A stretch of DNA of 64,000 nucleotides, taken from the NCBI GenBank assembly GCA_905178155.1, contig CAJINV010000006.1, positions 1,179,876 through 1,243,875 on the forward strand, given 5' to 3'. The position numbers and the translations under genes are program-made. Under the pieces are notes generated by a model. That model did no database searches and was not told where the DNA came from. It saw only the letters and a list, made by a program, of their open reading frames with translations. This DNA is from Amoebophrya sp. A120 (taxonomy: Eukaryota; Protista; Dinoflagellata). Of this stretch, positions 11,603 to 24,100 are shown one piece after another (the stretch's first letter is position 1; each line of letters opens with the position of its first letter).

Positions 11603-12951
11603 GCAGTAGCACCGCCACAGCTGCTCGTTGCGGCCGCCGCACGACACCCTGCTTCGCTTCGACCCGGCACCGAGATCATCATGATGGCCACGAAGAGGAA
11701 GATCGCGAAAGCGACGGTATTCGTAATTGTTTTTTTATTTTTTCCGATGTTGGATGGAAAAATGTAATTTTTGCACGTGGGCTTTTACTTTGAGTTTGAC
11801 TTCTTTGTCGCACTTGGAATTATCGCTGTCGCGAAATAACGTTGATGTCCACCTCCACATTGCTCAACTGCATCTTCTACTTCGGTGGGGTAGACAAAAA
11901 GAACCGCGCCGGTCGAGCAGGCCCTTGAATATTAAAGGAACATCAATCACGAACGCTAGAAGGACTTCTACCCTTTACCATTACCTGCGTGCTGACCCAC
12001 GACTAGCAGTAGCCCCGTTTTCTTAGTCTCTCTGCATAGAAACCGCACGTAAAGTTGATTCCAATCTTTCAAAATCCAAATCCAAATCTGAATCGTGTCA
12101 CACAAGAAATAAACTAGATTGCGAAATTTCTATCAGGCACGACTGGCGGTTTTATTTGTGGTGGCAAATCGTGAAGATTATGGTGTGGAGCTCTTTTGCG
12201 CGGGTGTATGGAGAGAAAAACAAAATGTAGTTTTATACTCGCGATAAGCTGCCACTGCCAGCATGTACATGCTTAAGTATTTTTCCACCTCTGGAACAGC
12301 AGGATGGGCAGCTTGTATGATGAATTCATTTAGCAGATTTCCCGAGGTCGTTGTACTTGTACTTTGTACGCGGGTCGCTACCTATCATGTATGCAAACTT
12401 GTATCTAAATTCGCGGCGATGAAAAAAGGAAATCTAAATGTAAAAAAGGAAAGAATATCGCGGCGATGAAGGGACTACTTTATTTCCCCACCATACGTGG
12501 CTGCGACCGCGGAAGAAGGACTATCAAGTGCAAATCCAAATGTCCACCTCCGTGGATCTGGAACACGGCAGTTATTTGTGAAGATAGTGCAGCTTTCGCA
12601 TGTGCTGGCCCAGACGGAGGTTTGAATGAAAGCGAACGACCCTCTGTTGCATGACAAGTTTGATGGTTGAGACAGCTCCTCGAGGAACGAATGCTCGCTC
12701 TGCATGAGAAATGTCATGATCTCCAGCTGGTCAAACAAAGTAGGAGATCATGGTTATTGCAGCTATTCATATCTTCACATGTACAGCTTTAGCTTTTTGT
12801 GTAGAGGTAGACCAGTAGAGCATTTTAACCTCTGTAGCAGTTGTAGCATCTTCACAAATTAAAAACTCGGATCGACTGTTCCAGAGGACCCAGATGTTTG
12901 GTTTTTGCACTTACCACTGCATAGCGAGCACCAGAAGGAAACAAGTTCGAC

Positions 12952-13200
12952 TATGGAGGTCTCAAACCTTTGCATTCTCAACTGTATACGCGATTTGTCA
13001 TGCAAAAGCACTCACAGCCAGAGCCACCACACGATCTTCAAGCTACTTCACACGACACATCATTCTCGATGAAGGGGCAAACGGCACGGAAATCTGTATG
13101 TGCGGAATTTGTGACGCGAGAGTTGCAAGCGTTCGCTTTTGCTATTCTTGCATTACAAATTCACGTAACAGTTGAGAATGTGACGGTTGAGGACTCCATA
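12952..13200. mobile_element. TIR element, family A; its counterpart at 47984-48212 has an inverted interior
   Basis: TATGG...CCATA, TSD tcgac/tcggc in both copies. Confidence 0.88.
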
Positions 13201-15181
13201 TCGGCTTTCTCGAAGACGAGGATCCTCCTGGTCCGAGGAAAACGAGGCTCGAAAAACGGCGAGGGAAGGACAAGATGAATATCAAATGCAAATTAATACT
13301 TATGTCTGGATCTTCTAGAAGCTTGTGATGCTGAAATGAGATCATGATGGCAACACGACCTTCCAATGCACGACCAGCCAAGCATGACAACTTTGGAGAA
13401 CGCTTTGATCTTGATGTTGATCGCATACGGAGTCCGCATGAAGAGCAACTGCGTTTTTGCATGACGAAGAAGGCTGCGAGACTTTTGTTGGTCATGCAAT
13501 ACAGATCTCACAGCCACAGGCACAGGGATGTAGGGCCAGCATTACAAGTTCGAACTGTCCAGACATCCAGGGATGATCAAATTTGCAGTGCATAAAGAAA
13601 ACGAGGCTGCGAAAACAAGCGAGGGCAGGAGCTCGTTCCGCGGTGAAGTCGAAGTCGCCCGCGCCAGCACAGGTTGTGGATGTATCAACACGCAGAAAAA
13701 TTGGCGAACGTCCTACCATATCAGATTGCGAATTACATGTCTGAGTCTGGAAGACGATGACGAGGGCAAAATTGTGGTGCATGCTGTGGGTCCTACAGAA
13801 ATTTGTCTTGCGTCATGACTAGTATCACCCAAAGTGGCCCAGTTTCGGTCAAGTTCTTGTCAGGAAGTTTCTCATGCAGGATACGGATTAAAAATGATAA
13901 AAAGGCCTTCATCAGGACTCTGTGATGCCAGGTGCTAAACTCCAGCACCAGACCTCATGGGGTATGGGTATGGGAACCCCGCATTACAAACCTTGCAATC
14001 TTGCAGAAGCAGACCCAGACAACATATTTGCAATGCATAAAGCACCACTCCTGATCCGTTTTCCACCTCAGCAGGGGAGAAACAAAGGCTAAGGCTTGCT
14101 TGCATAAAGTAGAGCGTGCATAATAGTACCTGATGTATGTCTATGTTGAAGATGCAGAAAAAGTGTAAGTAGGTCTACTTCCTCTGCGGTCAGGTCAGCT
14201 TGACAAGTAGTTCGAGAGACACCAAGAAATGACGCAAAGTTCGAGAAGAGATCGCTATCTGGCCGTTGCCGGAGCATACAAATTTACTAAAAAGTCTGCA
14301 TGCAGGTACGGCTAGTAGTAGTACAAGTACTCCAGTGCTGCATCCTCTTCCTCGGGTAGTTGAACCGCTTTGCACGTACGTCTTTGACTACGTACTCGAA
14401 AATAGAACTGTGATTCAGATGAAATCAGAATCACTTCAGAAGAAGTTTCTCGTCAACCATGGAAACCGGAGAAAATTTGTTTCCACCTCCGGGTTTGGTG
14501 TAGTTTGGGACCAAGACAATTTTTCAACGCCGTGATAGCAGGAGCCAGCGCCGTTTCTGGACCAGCTGCAAGGTGGCCCACTCTCGGCATCAACAAACCC
14601 GGATTGTATGGAATGTAAATGACGAGAACAAACGGATTGCGGCCACTTCTTGAGTCCTCCAACATCGTGGTTTATTTGAATTCCAATTAAGTAAGGACTT
14701 CAACTTCTATGTCTGCTGCGGAAGTGGCTAGTTCTTGTTGGATTTGCAGCACTGCTGCGGGTGACTCTTCTGTATTTGCGATGTAAAACATCGAATTTCA
14801 ATTTTTAGAACCCACATCATGTGATCCTTGCGCTGTTTTTACTTCTTACACGACTGTGTGCCTTTTGGTCATGAACTCCCGCTCCTGCGCCCGCAGCGGC
14901 CGCTTGGATACATGAATCTGGGACAAGGCTTGCTGGTGGCAAGAAAGCGTACTTAGAACAAGGTGCATCAAGTGCAGTTCGTTGTGTAAGACAAGAATCT
15001 TCAATAGCGAAGTTGAACGAAGAAGTTTCGCCGCTTAATAGTTCGCCGCGTGGGAAGATGTAGATCTAGATGCACATGGGTGCTCTAAAAGGTTGTCGTT
15101 GTAGAGTACTCTTCATATGAGGAATTCTGGACTTTTGGTTTTCCGGCGTTACCCAGGACAAACCTACCGTGTCACAACTAG

Positions 15182-18100
15182 GTTTGGCTTGATTGTGACT
15201 CAACGGAAGTGTGCCGCAATAGCAATTTGTTCCTTGGGATAAAGTCAAAACTGGAGCAGCAGCCGTCGCCGGCGATGGCGCCGGTGGATTCTTTACTACC
15301 ATGAAAAAAGCCATCCCCCCACCCTGCCCTGAGATAAAATAAAAAGCATGACTCTGTGTGGCGTCTTTTGTATGTCGCAGGAAATCGTGTTGTCGCGACG
15401 CAATGGGTGACTTCTGCTGCTGGCGCATAACCATAGGCTCTGCCGTTCTGCCTGGTGGCTTAGTTTGTAGCGTTGAGTTTGGCCATCTGTCACAAGAACA
15501 AGGCATGGCTCTAGTAACCCTATCTGTTCATCTAGTACGTAGTGATAATGAACAAAATGAAAATTGAAATTAGTAGCGTATTGAGAATGAAGATGAACAA
15601 GACTTGTGTCGCTCCCTCACCCGGAAGGTTTTGTATAAAAAACAAGCAGGGCGCCGGGGGCGTGGTGGCGTTTTTCCACACGATAGATCTCGAAGATCGC
15701 TGAAGCTGCCAAAAGCGCGTACGATACCGCACTGCAGGCACTGCAGGATCCGGATCGCCACCTTGATGCAGCAAATTTTCTGACAAAGGTACCAACGCTG
15801 TTGGGTTTTCTCAGCATGCCGGACACCAAGAGGGTCTTTCAGTGGTATGCAATGCTGAAGCCATCTGTTCCGCAGCCGCCGGTGCTGGGATGGAAGTGGA
15901 ACTGGTATGAACAGAAGAGGAGTGGTCTTGCAGGGAGGTGGTCGCAGCACCAACAGATGTTCCGGATTGTCATGCGACTTTGCACACTGCATCATAGACG
16001 CATGATTTTTCTATGATACCAAAGCAAATAAAAGTGTAGTAAAACCACATGAAGGACATTGTTTGATGTTAGTGTGCTTTTTGCATAGCAAGAAAGAGGA
16101 AGAAGGAGGCAGGCCCAAGTTAGCAGGACAAATTGGAGCTGGTTTGTCAGGGCTAGCCGCACCAGTCCCCTGTCCCCCACCAAACCACTCCCTTCCCCTC
16201 CATGAGTGGGCCGAAAGTATGACTCAGGGCATTATTCAGTACAGAAGCAGGACGAGCAGCACGAGCGCCGAACAAGCGAAACGCCAAAGCTCCGTCGAGT
16301 CTGCGGTCGTCGAAATTGTGGCTGCGGTGGGCCGTAGTGAAAGTCCTCCTGAGGGGTTGCTCGCTCAGGCACTCAACAAAGAAACCCCGCCTGTAGAAGG
16401 TGCTGCGTATGGTGTGTAAAAACGTTCCCCTTCCATGAGAATAGATCGTCCGCAAGAAGTCTTATTACGAGCCACGCGCGACAACTTTGAAAGCGGTGCT
16501 TAGCCAGTAGCGCAGCATCAAAAAGAAAGTCACTCGCTTCTCCTGTCTAGAGCATTACAAATTCGTATGCACCTTGAGGAAATGCTTCTCATGGGGACCG
16601 GCATGGCACATCGATCTGCATCTGCTGCTTGTGCGAGGTCTGCATCACATCAACTTTGCGTTTGGCTCTGCGGTGGTGGAAGCGTTTTTACGCAGGATAA
16701 TGGGGGCACCAGCTTTAAAAAGGCAGTCCTCGACGAATGGCTGGGGAAGGAAATTAAATCCGACAAGCCTTATGCTTTGAAATTGTCAACAACTGCACAC
16801 GACTCCTTTGCCGCTGCCCAGCAGCAACTACGCGTGTCAGAGCTCACTCTACAGCAGCCGTACCCGCAGGTGGCCGGGTTGGTGGCACTAGTGAAGGCGG
16901 CGGCAGTCGCCTTGGTCGAGAATGCCCTTTCCGACGTCGAGCCCAACTTCCACAGCCAGTTCGTAAACAATATCTGGACGCCTCTGACGAAAGAAATAGT
17001 CCAAGCTTTCGCCAAAAAGAAGATGACCGGACTAGGGTTGGAAAGTAACGACTTCGTCCCGGAAACGGTCGAGCACTGGTGCGAGGAAGATCTGGCCGAC
17101 TTTCTGCGTGCGGTTGATGGTATTGCTTAGAACTGTTGAACTTGATCTCTTGTCGTGGGAAGCCGATGAAAAGGATGTATCAAAATCAATCTATAATTCC
17201 CCTAGGGGAAGGGGGCCGGGGCGGAACCACGTTTGTTTCCGGGAGTCGTGCTTCTTGTTCCACGAAACTGCCTTGGTTCTACTTCTGGTGGGAACGTCTT
17301 CCCGCCTTGGTTGTTTATGTTTTCCTGCCTCGCCATTTTTTCTTTTTGTGAGCGCCACATGCGGGCGTGGGATGAAATGGTCCAAGTAGGAGTCGCACAG
17401 AAGTTGCGTCCCTCGACTTTGGACCAGGCAGTCGCGCCGGGACTTTCAAACAGGCAGAGGCCTCGTTACACAGGATACTAATCTGGAATTTGAATGACGG
17501 TTGTAACATGGCGCCGCTGCTTCTTTTGCGAACGGTATAGAAAATAAATATGAAAATCTACAACCACAGAAGCAGCACCTCCGCCGCCAGAAGCTCCAGC
17601 TGCACCCGTATCCCATGAAAAAAAAGATTCCCGACCCATGATACAAGCGGAAGAAGGCAGTTGTGTTCGCTTCATGGAAGGAAACAAAAGCATTTAGTTT
17701 TAGTTTGGTTTCAGTGGATGAAAATCCAGCAACCCGAAGTTTTGTCCAAGTTGTACTTGTTTCTTCCAGACGCTTTTCTACATGTCATGAAATTCATGCA
17801 TGGAGCCAAGCATTTTGTATGGACGTCTCCACCTGCGCCTGCCCTGGGGGTAAAAAAGCCAATGTCCGACTTTGTTTAGCGCCGGGCGTGGTGGGGGCAA
17901 AGCGTGCTATAATATTCGCTTATTCTTGTGCACATGCAAGTAGAGGTGTAACAAGCGGGAGGTCGGCATGTTTTTGCACGGGACAGCGGAAGCTACCAGC
18001 GACGATGACGCCCGATGAACTTGAAGACGCACTGAATGTCGCTTCAGAACAAGCTGTGACCGCGTACAAAGAAGTATTGGGGAACCTTCTGCCGGGCGCC

Positions 18101-21100
18101 GGGAAAGTCCAAAAGACTTTGTCTATTGATGTTGAAGGAACTCCTCATTCGGTTTCTGTGTCACTGCAAAAGCTGTATGAGTTTCTCAGCCAGCAGGACA
18201 CCATGCGGGTCTTTACGTGGCTTTTAATGCTGAACCCAGCTTCAAGGACATGGTGGAAGTGGGAGTGGGCTAATGACATGGCTTTCGGCGTAAAAGGTTT
18301 GACATCGCCGTGGCGCGGGCTAGTCCATTTACAGGAAAAAGCCGATTTTGCAGCGGAGAAAATTGCGCACGCGGTGGACGATGGGCTCGCAATTTCAATG
18401 GGCGGCGAGCGCGATAAAAATTTTCTCACCCACGGACTTCTCGAAACCGATTTCAAGGAAGCCGTTCTCGACCGGGGCGGCCACCTCAACGAAGGGCCTG
18501 ACGGGGTGTACAATCGCCGCGATATGCAGGGCGGAAAAGATGGCAGCGGTCCAGAAAATTTTGACGCCAACACAAAAACTTTGCTATCCAAGGCAGCCAC
18601 AGGAGATGGAAGTGGCAGCACAGCTCTAAACCTCCAACAGCCATACCCCCGGGTCCTCGGGTTGCTGCGGGTAGTGACGGAGGCGGCAAGGAAAATATTT
18701 CAAGAAGCTTGGCAGGAGGCAGTCCGTGCCGACAGCACGCTGCAGGACAATGAGAGGGAGCGGGCCCTGTCACCTTTCCAAATGGAAGGCGTTTTTTCGT
18801 CCCAAATCTGGAACCTCTTAAAGAAGCACGCGATCAAAGCTTTCGCCGAACAGAAGCCGGGTTGGTTGAAATGGAAAAAAGGCGACCCCGCGTTCGTCCC
18901 GGCAGCGGCCGAGGATTGGTGCAAGGAAGATCTGGAAAAATTTCTCCTCGAGCTTGAAGGTACTATCAATCTATTTGTTAAACTAGTAGACCTGAGCTAC
19001 TTTTACCACTACTGCAGACGTGCGAGTTGGTCCCGGAGCTACCCACTGTTGACCTTGAACTCGTGTGGCGGGATGAAAACGAACATGGAAACATAAAAGT
19101 AATCTATGCATAAACATAAAGTTCTCCTCGAATTTCGACAGCGTACTTCTCGTTTCAAATTGTAGGTGGAAAGCACAAGAACAACTCTGGGAAGCAGCTT
19201 CCCGGCGCCCGACCCCGAGTTGTTTTCTTGTTTCCTTGTCCCCTGTAGGAAGTTCAGGAAGGTGATAAGGTCAAGTAGAAGTAGAAGTAGGCCCAACCGG
19301 AGGTCGAAGGTGTCCGCAACGAACCGTCTTTGTTCGGCGTTTTTATGTTATGTGGCATTTGTAGTTTCGAAAAGTCGCTGCCGCGCCACCGGCGGCACGG
19401 AGTTTTCGACAAGTCGCGAGCCGCGTAACTACCCGGCGGCTCGGGCGGAGGTACAACTACCTCCAGCCCGGGTTACAAACATCACACAGATGAATCCTCC
19501 GAACAGCGCACGTTGATGATAAATCTTGCCCACTACAGCAAAGATACTTACAGCCCCCGTTTGCCATAAATTTGTAAACTGCTCACCAAACCTGCATCCA
19601 CAGGCCCTGTTGCCGACGATGACGATGACGGAGTACCTTCAGAGAGGACGCCGTATGACGTAGCTCCCCTAGCAGGTAAGTCTAGCACGTGACTTAGTTG
19701 GGTTACTTCCTTGCTTTGCAGTCTTGCGCTGCGCCTATCGACCAGGACAACACGTTGATCCTCTGAGGAGCTATCCGACTTATACATGTATTCTTACTCT
19801 TCATCTGTGAGCATGATGCAACAACTGGTTCTGAGACGCCAGTGAGCAGAGGGCAGAGTAAGCCGTACTGCGCTTTATTGCGCTCAGAGCGATAATACTG
19901 AGCTGCGCATGTTGATCACGACAAATCTTGCCGACTACACGAAAGGAAACTCCAGCCCGCAGTTCGGCATAATTTTGATTTTTAAACTGAACGCGAAACC
20001 CACATTTACAACAGCTGCAGCGGTAGGACCGGCGCTGGGGACGCCAGTGGCGCCACCGGTCCCACAGGATCCCCACCCGAAGCTAGTGCCGCCACCCCCG
20101 AAAGTAGATCCACTGGTACTCCTATCACCATGTAAGACTCCCATCCCCCCGCCCCCCCGAGCAAAGCCGCTTATTGATGAAGAAGCCCGCTTTGCGAAAA
20201 ACTGCCCGACATGAGTTAAAACCCGTGATAGTACTAGAACTGGAAAAAGATGAAGCTCTGCCGTGGGCCATTGACTCTGCGGCGAGCCTTTGATACCAGA
20301 TTGCGCCGTGGGGGACCACCGGGTCGTGCAGGCGCGTGGTCTTGCTGGTGTCGGGGGTCGCCCTGCAGCGGGATGATCTTCCATACGCTAGAGCTCTAGG
20401 AAGGTAGCAGGAGCTGGGCCACGCCTTATTTTAGGCATGATACCGACGACGACGTAGCCGTTCGAAATATATAAAGACATCTCGACGCTGGGTGATGTTG
20501 TAGTACAAAGTAGTAGAAGGGGGTGTACAAGGAGTACATGATGGAGAAGTGGACTTACTTGATCAAGAAGGGTCTATTAGGTATAAAAAAAAGAAACGCA
20601 ATTGCTGCTGGGACGAGCAGAGTAAGCAGAACTTTGGCGCCTACCCGCCTAAAGGGGGGATGGGAACGATTTTTGGCGGGATAGAAGACGCCGTCCTTTT
20701 CGGCGGACGGCGTTAAGCAGGGCGTTAAGGAGGCTGTTGAGCAAGCGTATGGACACGTCGCAAGCAAGTTCGCCACACTTACCTACAAGGTCGATGACAA
20801 ACAAAGTGTTTGGTCGTGTCCGAGGTTGACGTTGGATTCGCTGCCAAACCTGTGGAAATTTCTCAACCAGGAGGATACCAAGAAGGTTTTTGAGTTTCTT
20901 GTAATGCTGAAGCCCAGCGCGAGCCCGACATGGTGGAAGTGGGAATGGGCTTTTGAAATGACCAAAGGAAGGACGATGAAGGGCGAAGTTGGCTCTACGG
21001 CTGACAAAATTGTACACGCGGTAAAAAACTCAAAACCCTCGTCGGCGGAAGGTGGTGGAGATGCTTCTCCAGTCGTTGAGAGCAAGTTTTTCAGCCGCGC

Positions 21101-24100
21101 AATCGTTGCCACCGCAGCGGCGGAGGACGTCCTCCGCACCAGCTTCAAAGAAGATGTCCTCCGTAAGAAACTGGGTGCAGCAGAGTATTCTGCTTACCCG
21201 GGTGACGAGAATGCTCAGCAAAAAATAAAACACTTGGTTTCCAATGCCGAAGGCGAAGCGAAGACGAAATCAAAAGGGGCGCCACCACTCAAAAAGCCAT
21301 ACCCGCAGGTCCTCGGGTTGGTGGCCGTAGCGAAGCAGGCGGCAAGAACTCTGTTCGAAAAGGACTTGGTGAGAATGGTACCTGAGCATTGCCCTTCATC
21401 ACCATTGCCAGCGGATATTGGGGCGGCAGGCATGGACGCGCTTTTTGCGGAATCTGTCTGGAAGCCCTTAACGGGAAAGGCGATCGCGGCATTTGAGCCC
21501 ACCCGAACAAGCCATGGAGAGAAAGATAGCAGGGTGTCGGAAAACCTTGAGAACCTCTGCCAGAAGGACCTGGAAGAGTTCCTTATCGGGCTCGACGGTA
21601 TTCTTTCACAACTAGCGCATGACGTGTAATGTATTACCGCTATTCTACAAATCTATATCTATTTGTATTTCATCTTGGCGGGGAGAAGAGCGTCGTCACT
21701 TCCACGCGACGTGTGGTCGTGGGGCTGGGATGAAAATTTGTAAGCAGGAAGACCAGAAGCACGTGGTTACGTAACAAGCCATAAAGAACGAATACGAGGC
21801 AGAGCAATTGCAACTTTTGTTTAAAAAACCAAATAGACCGCAACCCTCAATGCAAAGTGCAAAGGCTGACCAAGCCGAATCACAGGCGAAGATGAAGATG
21901 AACTGGACGAGGACGCATCCGATGATGGAACAAAAACTCTTCCCGGAATACCAAAATTCACAGGAACGGCAGATCCAGCCGCAGTGGCCGCGGAGACACC
22001 AGCACCTCCTCCTTGGCCTCGTCCTGCAGTAGAGCCCCCACGACCAGCAGCGCCAGGAATTGGAGGTATTTGTGTACTTATTTTAGCGCTATTCATTGAA
22101 ATGATAATGAAGGGACTTCGACTTTTACGTTTACCACTATAAATAATACTACTAATTAGACTATACTATTACGCTGGCGTCCGCGACGCCGGCAATGGGG
22201 CGAACGAAATATCGAAGATTAAGTACGAAAAGCCGCTTGTGAGAAAGAAGGAGCCCAGTATCATTCACAAAGCAGCTTACTTTCTGCAACACAGATTGCG
22301 GATTTCTTTCTCAGGAACAGCTCGGAGCTTTTGCGCCTTCTCTGATGGGAGCCAAGGTTAGGGCGTGGAAGCTAGGAACCACTGCTCCCGAGAAAGAGGG
22401 GAGGGCGCAAAAAAGCTGCTTTTCTGCGACGCAGATCGGCCGAGGTTTTCTCACTCAGGAGAGGCCTTGAGCTTCTACGCCCTCCTTCGGGAAGCGGCTA
22501 AAATCAGGTGGACGCTTGGCCCGGCCTCCACCTGCATTCGCTGGGCCCGGCGCCCGCGTGCATAGCCGGGACGCTTCGTATATTTGTATACAAATTATAG
22601 GAAGCGTCCCAGCACTCCCTCCAGATATGCAAATCCGTTTGCGTGCAGATATCCGAAATGCTTTTATTTATGCTATTTACGCGGAAATCTCGCCCTGCGG
22701 CATTGCATCAAGTGGTCCTCTTCCGCCTCACTTTCCGCACTTTGATTCGAATTCTCGTTGCTGTTGCTGCAGTCCGCAGCCCTACTACGAGTACGAGGGC
22801 GGCGGTATTATTAGCTTGGGCCGCGCCAGCACCACGCAACACAGATCGCAAAGGCGCCAGTGTAGTGCTGACGCATGAAAAAGAAGAGCGCGAGTACGCC
22901 CTTCACCTTCAGAGGGCTTGACGGATCCTAGGTTTTCGGACTGGCTGAATAGATTCTTGGGTGAGGACATTTGTGTTCAGTTCAGGTGGCTGACTCTGCT
23001 TCGCCCTTCTCGCTGGTAGCAACAGCAGGACGGGCAATGAGGCTTCCCCGCACGATGATCAAGGCGGGGAAGGAGATTTTTAGCCAGTCTAGAAAAAAGC
23101 CTGATTTGGAATTTGCTCTTTCACCAAACAGTCGTGTCTTCAGGAGCAGTGCAAAAGGGTAAGGATTCGGGCCATCATCAGGAAACGAAGTTTGTAAAAA
23201 TTGAAATTGCGTATTTTGCACTGAGTACATTTTTCACAGGACCCGCAAGCGCAATGCCACCATCCCCCGAGGGCGCCCCGGGACCCGGCGCGACGGTATC
23301 ACCATGAAAAAAGACGCCCCCTGCTGCTTCATGATAGCACAACCAAAAGGAAAATGCCTCCCCCGTGAAAGTTGCTTGCCTATGTTGCTCCAAGACTGGC
23401 CGATCCCCCTCTACTAGGCCGCAGGAGGCTGCAGGCGTATTCCTGTCCTAGGTGCCAGGACGCGGGCAGCCTGCCTTGATGGCGGGTGGACATGTAATGG
23501 GCAAAGTGCCTACGGCAGCCCGACTGCAGCCCGTCCTGCCGGTCTTCAGAGCCCATGCGCCTTTATTTGCAGCTTGGCCTGCTAGTATGAAAGGTTGCAG
23601 AGCAGGGCGCAGCCATCGTGCAGTGGCGCCACTTACACTTTCGCTCTATTAAGTATAATATAAATATGCTGTAGGACACGAGCGTGCGCGCGCCACTGCG
23701 CAAGGTAATCTCCCTGTCGTGCAGGCTGTCCTTTTTTTGTGGTTGTTCGAGGGGGCAAATCAGTCGTGTTGCTGCTTTGTCTGATAAGCACGGGGGACGA
23801 CTTTTTTCGTCTTGCTAGAAGGCGGCGTCGCCGTTGGGGAACTTCAACAAGGAGGCATTTTCGCGCGCCTACCCTGTCGCAATTGAAAACCCCAATCTGG
23901 AAGACAAGTTCCTGGACGCGTACTCGAAAACATTGGAGGACCTGAAGAAAACCCCAAAGCAGTTGGGATCGGAAAAAATCGGAATCGCCTATGGAGAATT
24001 GTTTCCAGCCCTGTTCCATTTTCTCAGCCAGCCCGACGTCGCCAGGGTGTTTCAGTTTCTCGGCATGTTATCCACGCCCACGAACAGTGAGTCCCACCCT

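Noticed and set aside
8913-15100. Gene models between Rpn9 and the modular gene
   Set aside because: Conserved patches and TIR elements suggest exons, but I could not fix strand or frame or recognise a protein.
17663-17990. N-terminal ~110 aa of the 477-aa ORF
   Set aside because: It lies within TIR element 17609-17985, has no homology to the other modules, and is probably chance read-through.
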